Source of the DNA: Bradymonadia bacterium
Lineage (GTDB): Bacteria > Myxococcota_A > Bradymonadia > UBA7976 > UBA1532
Assembly: GCA_046290225.1 (NCBI GenBank)
Contig: JBKAGE010000078.1
Location: 64,001-128,000, forward strand
DNA length: 64,000 nt
Reading direction: 5' to 3'
Position 1 is the stretch's first letter. Each line of letters opens with the position of its first letter. The notes below the pieces were generated by a model. The model was not told the origin of the DNA, searched no databases, and was given only the letters and a program-made list of their open reading frames with translations. Position numbers and translations under genes: made by a program. Positions 35,956 through 49,214 of this stretch are shown here, piece after piece.

Positions 35956-38498
35956 CTGGCCATGTGCTCGAGCACGGCGTGGCTGTATATGTCTTTGGAT
36001 TCGACGAACACGCTGGTGGCCCTCGGTCGGGCCCCCAGCTTCTTTTTCTCCAGCGTCGCGGTGAAGGCGAGGTCAAGCCGATCACACTGGAGCGACCATG
36101 CCCGCTGCACGGTCTGATAGAGCGCCTGCTTGTAGGTGTTGTGAGAGCGGATGAAGGCGTCGTCGAGGCCCACGACAAGGGCCGAGCACGTGCCTCCGGC
36201 CAGGTGGGTGTACATCACCGCCACTGGGGTACGTGCCGAGGGGGGTCGAGGATCAGCCCGCAGATAGAGCCGCAACACCTCGTACTCGGGATGTCGGGCC
36301 ATGGCATCAAAGAGCCGTTGGGGCAACTTGAACACGTTGAGGGCGAACGAGCGGGCGAAGACCGCGCTGTAGAGCGCATAGCACTCCTCGAGTTCCTCCG
36401 GTGTACCCGGCCTCTCAGTGGTCACCTCGAACTGGGAGATATACGGCAGCACCTCCCGCCGGACGTTGTAGCGATACTTCTGCCCCAGGCGAGCGAGGTA
36501 GGCGTCGTGATCAGCCCACCCCAGGTCGTCGAAGACCAGGGCGTCGCCTGCGTGCACGTCGATCAGCCCATGATCCAGCATGAACTGTCTCAGCTCGGGA
36601 TCAGCGCCCGTCTCGAACTCTCGCACCATGACCTGTCGAGCCCCGCTGGCCTCTGCCGTCTGGTTGAGGGTCTCGAGCAGGCAGCGCAGGGCGCGCTTCC
36701 ACTCTGGGTGCTCGCGTTTCAGGTAGAGCGGGCAGCCTCGTGAGATCAGACAGCCCAACATGACTGTTCGCGAAGTGAGGTAGTACGGATCGTGTCTGCG
36801 GACCTGTTCCACCTGCTCGGACACAGCCGCTTCAGCGAGCATGTCGTCTTTGACCAGCGCACAGGTAAAGAAGGTGGCCAGGACCACCTCCCCTGCCTGA
36901 TCTCGAACGATCAGATAGTGAAAGTCCCAACAGTGCTCTCGGACATCGGCCTGTGTGAAGCACGCCTCGAGCATCTGGAGGCTGCTGTGGGTGATGTTGC
37001 CGCGCCCCGAGAAGAGCGTACCCCAGAGCTCGGGCTCAATCTCCGAGATGCTTCGGGTGTGCTCTATCTCCAACTCCACGGGCGCCTCGACGACAACGCC
37101 CGGTTGGGCCTTGCCCGGACTCACCTCGTGTGGTCGCACGGAGAACGGCTCGATGCCGAAGACGCGGGCCACCTGCTCCGGCGAGCTCCCTTCCTCGTGG
37201 AGCACCTCGAGGTAGTGGCGGTGCACACAGTCCACCAGAGCATCTACATCATCGTGGATGAGGTTGCAGTTCATCATGAACCGTAGACCACCTTGACGCA
37301 TGGGCGTGGCGGGGAAGGTCGCAGAGTTCACATAGTGACCCTCGTCGTGCATCCGGCGCACGAGGCCCGCCACCACCCGTGGCAGCCCCATGGGGATGAA
37401 GAAGACCGGGCTCGACGTCACCGCGAACTGTGGCAACCCACGGGCCAGGAGCGCCTCGTTCGTATGACTGACCAGGTCAGCGAGCGTACGCTGCAGATGA
37501 ACGATCTCTTCCGAGAGATGGAGCTGGGCAGAGGCCAGGGCGGCGCCGAGCATGGGCGGCTGTATCGGCCCGGAGAAGATCATCGGGCCTCCTCGGGTGC
37601 GCACCAGATGGGCAGTCTGCTCGTCCGGGCACACCAGCGCCCCCCCTGCGCTGGCGAAGGCCTTGTTGAGGGAGACGGCGAGCAGCATTTGCGGGTGATG
37701 GGGCTTCTCGCTGCGCACATAGCCGCAGCCATGGGGTCCGCACCAGCTCATACCGTGGGCGTCGTCGATGTACAGCCGGAAGCAGGGATAGCGGTCCATC
37801 AGCGCATACAGGGCGTCGAGGGGGGCAAAGTCGCCGTACATGGAGTAGACCCCATCGGCGAAGTACCACACCTTGCGATGTCGCCCCCGAAGCTGACGGA
37901 TCTTCCGCTCAAGGTGATCCATGTCGTTGTGTCGAATGATGTGGATCGGGATCCCGCGGGCCTTGAGCTGCTGCGCCGCGGTCTGCACGCTGTGGTGCAC
38001 TTGAAGGTCGAGCACCACGGCATCTTGATCGTCTACGAGCACTGGAAGAGCAGCGAAGTGCCCCAGCGTGGTCGAAGGCGTCACCACCACGGGCTGATGA
38101 AAGATTTGAGAGAGGCGCGCCTCAAGGGGTGTATAGAGGCCCACCGAGACAAACGCCCGAGAGGAAGAGAACTGGGTGCCATAGGTCTGCACCGCCTGCA
38201 CCACCCCCTCGATGAGAGCGGGGTGTTTCTCCAGACCGAGATAGCTGCAGGATCCGAAGTTCACCATGTCCCTCTGGCCGATGGAGATGATGCGGCCGTC
38301 GTGGGGGCCGAGATCGGTGGCGTGACAGGCGAGATCCCGGCGTAAGTAGTCGTCGGCGATCTGTCCCAAGACATCATGGGTGGTCTGGCGAGTTTCGAGA
38401 TGAGACACAGGCTGCCTTCCAGCGTTTTGACTCAGGATGCGAAGTTCCTTCGCAGGCTTTGAAACCGGCCAGCGTTCGGATGGCAAAACAATCCACAT
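35952..38498 (-). CDS. Alpha-oxoamine synthase (BioF/SPT family) fused to a C-terminal GNAT/FemAB-like acyltransferase
   Basis: NFGSCSYLGL, HND, DGVYSM.GD, DDAHG, SLNKAF (PLP Lys), IFSGP; C-terminal YLARL..KYR..VRREV, LDLAFTA..EKKKLGA; start uncertain. Confidence 0.85.
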   Translation of the reverse strand: MWIVLPSERWPVSKPAKELRILSQNAGRQPVSHLETRQTTHDVLGQIADDYLRRDLACHATDLGPHDGRIISIGQRDMVNFGSCSYLGLEKHPALIEGVVQAVQTYGTQFSSSRAFVSVGLYTPLEARLSQIFHQPVVVTPSTTLGHFAALPVLVDDQDAVVLDLQVHHSVQTAAQQLKARGIPIHIIRHNDMDHLERKIRQLRGRHRKVWYFADGVYSMYGDFAPLDALYALMDRYPCFRLYIDDAHGMSWCGPHGCGYVRSEKPHHPQMLLAVSLNKAFASAGGALVCPDEQTAHLVRTRGGPMIFSGPIQPPMLGAALASAQLHLSEEIVHLQRTLADLVSHTNEALLARGLPQFAVTSSPVFFIPMGLPRVVAGLVRRMHDEGHYVNSATFPATPMRQGGLRFMMNCNLIHDDVDALVDCVHRHYLEVLHEEGSSPEQVARVFGIEPFSVRPHEVSPGKAQPGVVVEAPVELEIEHTRSISEIEPELWGTLFSGRGNITHSSLQMLEACFTQADVREHCWDFHYLIVRDQAGEVVLATFFTCALVKDDMLAEAAVSEQVEQVRRHDPYYLTSRTVMLGCLISRGCPLYLKREHPEWKRALRCLLETLNQTAEASGARQVMVREFETGADPELRQFMLDHGLIDVHAGDALVFDDLGWADHDAYLARLGQKYRYNVRREVLPYISQFEVTTERPGTPEELEECYALYSAVFARSFALNVFKLPQRLFDAMARHPEYEVLRLYLRADPRPPSARTPVAVMYTHLAGGTCSALVVGLDDAFIRSHNTYKQALYQTVQRAWSLQCDRLDLAFTATLEKKKLGARPRATSVFVESKDIYSHAVLEHMAR

Positions 38499-38618
38499 TT
38501 TTTTGCCAACCGGTTGAGCGACGCTCGCCGCAGGCCCTGCCCCCCTCCAGATCTCGGCGAAGAAAAATCAGCCAATGTCCCCAGCCCTTGCCCAAGAAGC
38601 TCGTACTGGTGTCACACC

Positions 38619-39590
38619 ATGGGTGTAGAACACCCGAGTGTGATCGCTGAACATCAGGAGAGCCGGTTGAACACCCTGGCCGAGTACGCAGAAGTCGTCC
38701 CCCTCTGGATCACCATCGCCGCCATCGCCGTCGTCGGGCTGGAATGGCTCGCGCTGACCCTCACCGGGCGCGTCGAGCGCCATCGGGAGGGCTGGGTGAA
38801 CATCCTCTGCGGTGCGGCCTCGTTCCTGCCCGTCTTCGCCTTGAGCATGGTGGTCACCCTCACCCTCATGTTCGCCCTCTACTCAGTGCGCATCTTCGAT
38901 CTGGGGCTCGACCTGTATGTCTGGGTGCTGGCCTACATCGCCTACGATCTCATGTCGTTTCTGGTGCACCTCGCCTCCCACAAGGTCAGACTGCTCTGGT
39001 GCATGCACAGCGTTCACCACGCCCCAGAAGAGATGAAAGCCTCGGTGTCGTTTCGCGGCTCACTGGCGGACTGGCTCGTCACTCCACACACTACGCTGTG
39101 GCTGCCCTTGTTCGGCTTTCACCCGCTGTTGGTGGTCCTCGTGGAAGGCGTGGGGTTGATCTATGGGGTGTTCTTGCATCTGAGCGATGCCTATATGCCG
39201 GCCCGAGAGCCCAGCTGGCTGCAGCGCGTGCTGATCACGCCGGCGTTCCACAGGCTGCACCACGCCAAGAACCCCATCTACCTCGACACCAACTATGGCC
39301 TGACCTTCAGCCTGTGGGACGTGATCTTCAGAACTCGGCAGGTGCCTGTGTCCTCAGAGCAGCCCGCCTATGGGCTCACCGTTCAGCACGACGCCTCCAA
39401 GTTCGGGGAGACCCAGCTGGCAGAGTTCAAATCTCTTTGGCGAGATGTGCGATCCACCCCCCGACTCGGGGACAAGCTGGGGTTCTTGCTCCGGCCACCG
39501 GGCTGGCACCCTCTTGGGTTGGGGCAGACAGCGAGACATATTCGTGAGGAAGCCCTCAGAGCGGCGGATGCAGGGGCTGGAGCCCCATGA
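38619..39590 (+). CDS. Sterol desaturase/fatty acid hydroxylase family protein (alkylglycerol monooxygenase-like)
   Basis: His boxes HLASH, HSVHH, FLH, HRLHH; DTNYG...WD..F; PPGW. Confidence 0.88.
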   Translation: MGVEHPSVIAEHQESRLNTLAEYAEVVPLWITIAAIAVVGLEWLALTLTGRVERHREGWVNILCGAASFLPVFALSMVVTLTLMFALYSVRIFDLGLDLYVWVLAYIAYDLMSFLVHLASHKVRLLWCMHSVHHAPEEMKASVSFRGSLADWLVTPHTTLWLPLFGFHPLLVVLVEGVGLIYGVFLHLSDAYMPAREPSWLQRVLITPAFHRLHHAKNPIYLDTNYGLTFSLWDVIFRTRQVPVSSEQPAYGLTVQHDASKFGETQLAEFKSLWRDVRSTPRLGDKLGFLLRPPGWHPLGLGQTARHIREEALRAADAGAGAP

Positions 39591-39605
39591 GGGCGAGAGC
39601 AGCCC

Positions 39606-40877
39606 TCAGTGGGCGCCCTTCTTTGGCCGCAGCGTGGCCTCGCCGGCGATGTGCTGGTTCCAGGTGGCGGGGGTGTAGCCGTTGTCCACCTGCACCATGC
39701 TGATGCAGTCGGGCACTGGGCACACGATCTGACACAGGTTACAGCCCACGCACTCCGACTCGTCCACGATGGGCACCCGCAGACCGGTGGGGTTCTTGTG
39801 AATGCACTGATGAGCGCCATCGTGGCAGGCCACCATGCAGTCGTTGCAGCCGATGCACTTCTCGGGATCGATCTTGGCGATGGTCTCGTAGTTGAGGTCG
39901 AGGTTGCCCCACTCCGACTTGGTCTGCACCGCCTTGCCCACCATGTCGTCGATGGTCTCGAAGTTGTGGGTGCGCATGTACTCTTCGAGGCCTTCGATCA
40001 TGTCCTCGACGATGCGGTAACCCCGGAGCATCACTTCGGTGCACACCTGCACGCTCGTGGATCCGAGCAGAATGAACTCCACGGCGTCACGCCAGTTGCT
40101 GACGCCGCCGATGCCCGAGATGGGCAAGTTGAACCCGGGATCCGTGGCCAGCTCGGAGAGCATGTGCAACGCGATGGGCTTCACTGCGGGGCCACAGTAA
40201 CCGCCGTTGCTCGACAGGTTGCCCACCCGGGGCTCGATCACCATGCGATCGATGTCCACGCCGATGACGCTCTTGATGGTGTTGATGAGCGACACGCCAT
40301 GGGCGCCACCGCGCTGCGCCGCGTGACCGTGGGGCAGGATGTCGGAGACGTTGGGGGTGAGCTTCACCAGCACCGGCACCGAGCTGTACTTCACCGCCCA
40401 GCTGGTGATGCGCTCGTTCACCGAGGGCTCCTGGCCCACGGCAGAGCCCATGCCCCGCTCGCACATGCCGTGAGGACAGCCGAAGTTGAGCTCCAGGCCA
40501 TCAGCGCCAGCATCGATCGAGCGCTTGATGATGTCCTTCCACTCTTCTTCGGTCTCCACCATCAAGCTCACCACCACGGCGTGCTTGGGGAACCGCTTCT
40601 TCACCTCGTAGATCTCTTTGAAGTTCACGTCGAGGGGGCGGTCGGTGATCAACTCGATGTTGTTGAAGCCGATGGCCTTGGTGGTGCGGTAGTCCAAGGC
40701 GCCGAAGCGGCTGCTCACGTTCTGGATGGGGGTGCCCAGGGTCTTCCAGACCGCCCCACCCCAGCCGGCGTCGAAGGCCCGCATGACCTGCGCTCCGGAG
40801 TTCGCCGGAGGGGCCGAGGCCAGCCAGAAGGGGTTCGGGGACTCGATGCCCGCGCAGTTCGTCGTCAAATCAGGCAT
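39606..40877 (-). CDS. preA: Dihydropyrimidine dehydrogenase subunit PreA
   Basis: NPFWLASAPP, NNIELI, ELNFGCPHG, KLTPN, GGYCGPAVKP, two 4Fe-4S motifs. Confidence 0.95.
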   Translation of the reverse strand: MPDLTTNCAGIESPNPFWLASAPPANSGAQVMRAFDAGWGGAVWKTLGTPIQNVSSRFGALDYRTTKAIGFNNIELITDRPLDVNFKEIYEVKKRFPKHAVVVSLMVETEEEWKDIIKRSIDAGADGLELNFGCPHGMCERGMGSAVGQEPSVNERITSWAVKYSSVPVLVKLTPNVSDILPHGHAAQRGGAHGVSLINTIKSVIGVDIDRMVIEPRVGNLSSNGGYCGPAVKPIALHMLSELATDPGFNLPISGIGGVSNWRDAVEFILLGSTSVQVCTEVMLRGYRIVEDMIEGLEEYMRTHNFETIDDMVGKAVQTKSEWGNLDLNYETIAKIDPEKCIGCNDCMVACHDGAHQCIHKNPTGLRVPIVDESECVGCNLCQIVCPVPDCISMVQVDNGYTPATWNQHIAGEATLRPKKGAH

Positions 40878-42217
40878 CACTCTCCCCCTTCGGCCGCAGC
40901 GGCCTGAAGCATCTCGCCAGCGAGCATTTTGTCGATGGCCAGGGCCGCATCACGGCCCTCTGCCACGGCGTTCACCACCTCTTTGCCGCCGTTGGCGCAG
41001 TCGCCGCCGGCGTAGACGCCCGGGCGGCCCGTGGCCCCGGCCTCGCCCACCTTGATCTTGCCCCACTCCACCTCGACGCCGTCGAGGCCCGACACCAGAT
41101 CGCCGAGCTTGCTCTGGCCGATGGCCAGCAGCACGAGATCAGCGTCGATGACGTGCTCGGAGCCGTCGATGGTCTGCTTCTGATCATCGAGGCGCACGCA
41201 GGTGACCCCGGTCACCTGGCCCTCGCCGGTGAAACCCACGGGCTGGCGCTGCCAGAGGGCACGCACCCCGAGTTGCTTCGCCGCGGCGAACTCGTGCCGG
41301 TAGCCGCTCATCTTCGCTTCGCTGCCTCGATACACCAGCAGCACTTCTTCGATGCCCAGACCCGCGAGCTCTCTGATGGCGTCCATGGCGGTGTTGCCGC
41401 CGCCAAGCACCACGGCCCGCTTCACCCCGTCGAGGCTCACCGAGCCGAGCTTCATCTGCTCGATGTAGTCCACAGCACCGTGCACACCGTCAGGGGCGTC
41501 GCCGAGCAATCGATCAGGGCCCAGGCCGAAGCCCAGGAACAACGCGTCATGCTTCGCCTCGAGATCCGCCCAGGTGAGATCTTTGCCGATCTCCACCCCG
41601 GTCTGGATGTCGATGCCGCCGATCTCCAGGACCCACGCCACCTCTTCCACGGAGCGGTCGGCCTTCATCTTGTAGGGCGCCACGCCGGTGGTGTTGAGCC
41701 CACCGATGACGTCGCGCTTGTCGTAGATGGTGCAGGCGTGGCCCTTGCGCCGAAGCATGTGGGCTGCGGCGAGAGAGGCCGGCCCGGCGCCGATGAGGCC
41801 CACGCTCTTGCCGGTGTCGGGGCCCGCCTCGTAGTACCGCCAGCCCGCCTCGAAGGCGGCGTCGGTGGCGAAGCGCTGCAGCTTGCCGATCTGGATCGCT
41901 GGCTGGTCCATCAGGTTGTAGACGCAGTCACCGACGCAGAGCACCTCCACAGGGCAGACGCGGGCGCAGCTCATGCCGAGGATGTTCGACTCGAAGATCG
42001 TCCGGGCCGAGCCTCTGAGGTTGCCCGTGGCGATCTTGCGGATGAACTGGGGGATGTCGATCCCCGTGGGGCACGCCTTGATGCACGGCGCGTCCTCGCA
42101 GTAGAGGCAGCGGTAGGCCTCTACCTCGGCCTGGTGCGCCGTGTAGGGCGGCTTGTAGTCGTCGAAGGCCTCTTCCGTACGCGCGTCGGCGAGGGCCAGT
42201 GGGTTTCGATCGTTCAT
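40877..42217 (-). CDS. preT: Dihydropyrimidine dehydrogenase subunit PreT (GltD-like)
   Basis: RCLYCEDAPC..ACP, CARVCP..LC, GAGPA, GGGNTAMD, AGGDC. Confidence 0.92.
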   Translation of the reverse strand: MNDRNPLALADARTEEAFDDYKPPYTAHQAEVEAYRCLYCEDAPCIKACPTGIDIPQFIRKIATGNLRGSARTIFESNILGMSCARVCPVEVLCVGDCVYNLMDQPAIQIGKLQRFATDAAFEAGWRYYEAGPDTGKSVGLIGAGPASLAAAHMLRRKGHACTIYDKRDVIGGLNTTGVAPYKMKADRSVEEVAWVLEIGGIDIQTGVEIGKDLTWADLEAKHDALFLGFGLGPDRLLGDAPDGVHGAVDYIEQMKLGSVSLDGVKRAVVLGGGNTAMDAIRELAGLGIEEVLLVYRGSEAKMSGYRHEFAAAKQLGVRALWQRQPVGFTGEGQVTGVTCVRLDDQKQTIDGSEHVIDADLVLLAIGQSKLGDLVSGLDGVEVEWGKIKVGEAGATGRPGVYAGGDCANGGKEVVNAVAEGRDAALAIDKMLAGEMLQAAAAEGGE

Positions 42218-42252
42218 GGGTCTCCCGGTGCCATGGGACAGTCAGGCGGGGC

Positions 42253-43602
42253 TCAGCCTTCGAAGGCCTCGTCGGTGATGTTCAGGGCGTCGTCGATGAT
42301 GTCGAAGGCTTCGGCGAGCTGCGCTTCACTGATGCACAGCGGCGGGTTGCACATGAAGTGCGACCACCGCACGAAGGTGAACAGGCCCTTCTCCCGCAGC
42401 CGCTTGCCGAAGGCCTGCATCGCGGGGTGGGTGCCGTTGTAGGGGGCGATGAGATCGCCGGCGCTGTTCTTCTGCACGTCCATCATGCCGAAGAGGCCGA
42501 TCTGGCGACCCTCCTTGAGAGAGGGGTGGGCGGCGATCAGACGGTCCATGTGGGCCCGCATCTGAGCCCCCATGGTCACCGCCCGCTCGATGAGGCCCTC
42601 TTCTTCCATGACCTCGATGACCGACAGGGCCGTGGCCGCCGACAACGCGTGGGCGTTGTAGGTGAGGCCACCCCAGAAGACGTTGTCCTGGAAGTGGGCG
42701 GCGATCTTGTCCCGTACGCCCATGGCCCCCATGGGGATGTAGGCGCTGGTGAGGCCCTTCGCCATGGTGACGATGTCGGGGACGATGTTGCCGTGCTCGA
42801 AGGCGAACCACTTGCCGGTGCGGCCGAAGCCCGCCATGACCTCGTCGCAGATGAGCAAGATGCCGTACTTGTCCAGCAGCGCCCGCAAGCCCTGCAGGTA
42901 GCCCTCCGGCGGAGGCAGGATGCCGTTGGTCCCCGTCACCGGCTCGATGATCATGGCCGCGATGTGGTCGGGGCCCTCGTACATGATCACTTCTTCGAGG
43001 TAGCGCAGGTTGTTGGCCACCTTCTCGGCGTCGGTCTCCCCGAACGAGTAATCGTAGGGCCGCGGATCCATCACCCGGACCACCCCGGGCATACCGGGCT
43101 CGTTGGCCCAACGCCGTGGATCACCGGTGAGCTGCATGCAGGCGTTGGTGCCCCCGTGGTAGCTGCGGTACCGGCTCAAGATCTTGTGCTTGCCGGTGTA
43201 CAGCCGCGCCGCGCGTATCGCGTTCTCGTTGGCCTCGGCGCCGCCGAGGGTGAAGAAGAACGTGTTGATGTCGCCGGGCACGATCTCCGCGAGCTTCGCC
43301 GCGAGGCGAGCCCGAGGCTCCGTGGCCGTGGCGGGGAACACGTAGGTCAGCTTGTCGATCTGGGCCTTCATGGCCTCGCGGACCTTGGGGTGCCCGTGGC
43401 CGATGTTGACGCACATGAGCTGGCTGTTGAAGTCGAGGTACCGCTCGCCATCGGGGGTGTACATGTAGACCCCCTCGGCGCGCTCGATGGGCAGCGGATC
43501 GACCTTGCCGCTCGCCGCCCAGCTGTACATCGAGTGGGCCTTGCACAGCCGCACCATCTCTTCGGTGGACATCTTCTCGTGGCTCGAAGAATTCTCGCTC
43601 AT
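42253..43602 (-). CDS. Class-III aminotransferase, probable beta-alanine aminotransferase
   Basis: GGAEANENA, SYHG, CDEVMAGFGRTG, PDIVTMAKG; operon context. Confidence 0.88.
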   Translation of the reverse strand: MSENSSSHEKMSTEEMVRLCKAHSMYSWAASGKVDPLPIERAEGVYMYTPDGERYLDFNSQLMCVNIGHGHPKVREAMKAQIDKLTYVFPATATEPRARLAAKLAEIVPGDINTFFFTLGGAEANENAIRAARLYTGKHKILSRYRSYHGGTNACMQLTGDPRRWANEPGMPGVVRVMDPRPYDYSFGETDAEKVANNLRYLEEVIMYEGPDHIAAMIIEPVTGTNGILPPPEGYLQGLRALLDKYGILLICDEVMAGFGRTGKWFAFEHGNIVPDIVTMAKGLTSAYIPMGAMGVRDKIAAHFQDNVFWGGLTYNAHALSAATALSVIEVMEEEGLIERAVTMGAQMRAHMDRLIAAHPSLKEGRQIGLFGMMDVQKNSAGDLIAPYNGTHPAMQAFGKRLREKGLFTFVRWSHFMCNPPLCISEAQLAEAFDIIDDALNITDEAFEG

Positions 43603-43612
43603 GGGGCCCTCC

Positions 43613-45121
43613 TCAGCTCATCCAGGTGGCGTCTTTGGCCACCTCCCAGCGGCTGGTCACCTTCCGGGGACGGGTCCAGAAGCGGAACCCGTCGTAGCCG
43701 GTCATGTCACCATTGCCGAACTTGGAGTCGTTCCAGCCACCGAAGGCGAAGGGCTCCCGGGGCACGGGCACTCCGATGTTCACCCCGCACATGCCCGCGG
43801 AGAACCGCTCGATGGCGTAGCGGGCTGCCCCACCGTTGGTGGTGAAGATGGCGGCGGCGTTGCCATAGGGGCTACTGTTCTCGATGGCGATGGCCTCGTC
43901 GAGCGTGTTCACCCGGATGATCGACAGCACCGGGCCAAAGATCTCCTCGCAGCTGGCGGGCATGTCGGGGGTGACGTTGTCGAGGATGGTGGGGCCCACC
44001 CAGTTTCCGGGCTGACCGTCCACGGAGGCGCCGCGGCCGTCGACGAGCACCTTGGCCCCCTTGGCCTCGGCGGCGTCGATGTAGCCGGTGATGCGCTCCA
44101 CGCTCTGGGGGTTGATGATGGAGCCCATATCCTCGCCGAGGGTCATGGCCGAGGTGATCTCCACCATGCGATCGATGATGGGCTGCACGTCGCCTACGGC
44201 CACCATGACCGAGGCGGCCATGCAGCGCTGACCCGAGCAGCCATATGACGAGGCCACCAGAGTGCTGGCGGTGAGCTCGAGCTCGGCGTCGGGTACCACC
44301 ACGAGGTGGTTCTTGGCGCCGCCGAGGGCGAGCACCTTCTTGCCGGTGATCGCGCCACGGGCGTAGACGAGCTTGGCCACCTTGGTGCTGCCCACGAAGG
44401 CCAGAGCGCCGATGTCGTTGTGATCACACAACGCCTCCACGGTCTCCTTGCCCCCGTTGACGATGTTGAGCACGCCGTCGGGCAGGCCCGCCTCTTTGAA
44501 GATCTCCGCCAGGCGCATGGCGCTGTAGGGCACCTGCTCCGAGGGCTTGAGGATGAAGGCGTTCCCCATCACCAGGGCCTGGGGCAGCATCCACAAGGGC
44601 ACCATGGTGGGGAAGTTGAAGGGCACCACGCCGGCGCAGATGCCCACGGGCTCGTGAGTGATGGCGCAGTTGATGCCCCGGCTCACGTCGAGCTGCTCCC
44701 CCTGGCCGAGGTTGGGGATCGAGCAGCCGTACTCGACGCACTCGATGCCCTTGAGCACGTCGCCTCGGGCTTGCGCGATGGTCTTGCCGTTCTCGTGGCT
44801 GAGCAGCCAGGCGAGCTCGTCGAGGTTGGCCTCCATGATCTGCTTCACCCGGTAGAGCACCTGGGCCCGCTCCTTGAGGGGCGTGGCGGCCCATCCGGGC
44901 TGAGCGGCTTTGGCAGCCTCTACAGCGGCGGCCACGTCGGCGGTGTCGGACCACACCACGTTGCCCATGGATTTGCCGTGGCGGGGGTTGTCCACGCTGA
45001 TGGTCGACCCGCTCGCCGCGGGCACCCACTCGCCACCGATCCAGTTCTTGCAGTCGATGTAGGGGGTGAACTCGTAGCTGCGCGTGGCAAAGGGGAACGC
45101 AGGCAGGTTGTGTGTAGTCAT
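43613..45121 (-). CDS. mmsA: CoA-acylating (methyl)malonate-semialdehyde dehydrogenase
   Basis: PFNFP..PLWM, FVGST, LGGAKNH, GQRCMA, EEIFGP, VNIGVPVP. Confidence 0.92.
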   Translation of the reverse strand: MTTHNLPAFPFATRSYEFTPYIDCKNWIGGEWVPAASGSTISVDNPRHGKSMGNVVWSDTADVAAAVEAAKAAQPGWAATPLKERAQVLYRVKQIMEANLDELAWLLSHENGKTIAQARGDVLKGIECVEYGCSIPNLGQGEQLDVSRGINCAITHEPVGICAGVVPFNFPTMVPLWMLPQALVMGNAFILKPSEQVPYSAMRLAEIFKEAGLPDGVLNIVNGGKETVEALCDHNDIGALAFVGSTKVAKLVYARGAITGKKVLALGGAKNHLVVVPDAELELTASTLVASSYGCSGQRCMAASVMVAVGDVQPIIDRMVEITSAMTLGEDMGSIINPQSVERITGYIDAAEAKGAKVLVDGRGASVDGQPGNWVGPTILDNVTPDMPASCEEIFGPVLSIIRVNTLDEAIAIENSSPYGNAAAIFTTNGGAARYAIERFSAGMCGVNIGVPVPREPFAFGGWNDSKFGNGDMTGYDGFRFWTRPRKVTSRWEVAKDATWMS

Positions 45122-45154
45122 GGCAGATGCTCCAGCGTCAGCTGATACGCGAGA

Positions 45155-48078
<2,924 letters not shown>

Positions 48079-48088
48079 TCACAGCAGC

Positions 48089-48955
48089 TCAGGGGTCGAC
48101 GATCTCGTCGTAGGCGTCGGGGCGGCGGTCCCGGTAGAACTGCCAGGTCTTGCGGACCTCGTCGATCATGGAGAGATCGAGATCGGCCACCACCACCTCG
48201 TCGTCGTCCTCGCTGGCCTCGGCGAGGAACTCACCGCGGGGGTTCACGAAGTAGCTGGTGCCGTAGAACTTGCCGATGTTCCACGGGGCCTCGGTGCCCA
48301 CCCGGTTGATGGCGCCGACGTAGTAGCCGTTGGCTACGGCGTGGGCGGGCTGCTCCAGCTTCCAGAGGTACTGGCTCAGGCCAGCGACGGTGGCGCTGGG
48401 GTTGAAGACGATCTCAGCACCGTTGAGACCCAGGCAGCGAGCGCCCTCGGGGAAGTGCCGGTCGTAGCAGATGTACACACCCACCTTGGCGTAGCGGGTC
48501 TCGAAGACGGGGTAGCCGCCGTTGCCGGGACGGAAGAAGTACTTCTCCCAGAAGCCCGAGGTCTGCGGGATGTGCTGCTTGCGGTACTTGCCGAGGTAGC
48601 TGCCGTCGGCGTCGATGACCGCGGCGCTGTTGTAGTAGACGCCCCGCTGGGCCTCTTCGTAGAGGGGCAGCACGATGACCATCTCGTGCTTCTTGGCGAT
48701 CTCCTGGAAGATCTCCGTGGTGGGCCCGGGGATGGGCTCCGCGGCGTCGTACCAGCGCTTGTCCTGAGACGGGCAGAAATAGGGGCCGTTGAAGATCTCC
48801 TGCAGACACAAGATCTGCACCCCCTTGGCCGCCGCCTCCTCGATGAGGGGCAGGTGCTTGTCCAGCATGGCCTTCTGAATGTCGGCCACGGGCACCGACT
48901 CGTCATTGATGGGGTTGCTGCACTGGATCAATCCACAGCGCACGATCTCGCTCAT
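48089..48955 (-). CDS. Beta-ureidopropionase (nitrilase family)
   Basis: Triad LQE, YRK.HIP, ICYDRHFPE; FYRDRRP; GAGGAG RBS before ATG 48955. Confidence 0.92.
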   Translation of the reverse strand: MSEIVRCGLIQCSNPINDESVPVADIQKAMLDKHLPLIEEAAAKGVQILCLQEIFNGPYFCPSQDKRWYDAAEPIPGPTTEIFQEIAKKHEMVIVLPLYEEAQRGVYYNSAAVIDADGSYLGKYRKQHIPQTSGFWEKYFFRPGNGGYPVFETRYAKVGVYICYDRHFPEGARCLGLNGAEIVFNPSATVAGLSQYLWKLEQPAHAVANGYYVGAINRVGTEAPWNIGKFYGTSYFVNPRGEFLAEASEDDDEVVVADLDLSMIDEVRKTWQFYRDRRPDAYDEIVDP

Positions 48956-49214
48956 CTGCGACTCCTCTGCCCTCGCGGGCAACTGCGGGGCCATGCTCCA
49001 CCACAGCATCGCACTGCGGTCTCCCATGAGCATGGTCACATCGACTCAAGGTGGGGGATTCGGTTCTAGCTGAGGATTCGGCCGATGAGCAAGGATACTG
49101 TGATTATGATTCAGTAATTTCCAGATGTGGTCACAACATGTGGGGGTCAGTGGTGAATTCGCGGTGGCCTGAGGATGTACTGAGGCTACTGAGGAGCGTG
49201 ATAGACTCATCGCC

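Noticed and set aside
35952..38498. Biotin synthesis gene bioF
   Set aside because: No other bio genes nearby, it is fused to a GNAT domain and coupled to FAAL-ACP, so the symbol was not assigned
49096..49142. Operator for the pyrimidine operon (TACTG..CAGTA, TGTGGTCACA)
   Set aside because: Short imperfect palindromes that do not match a RutR/PydR box I recognise; too weak to call
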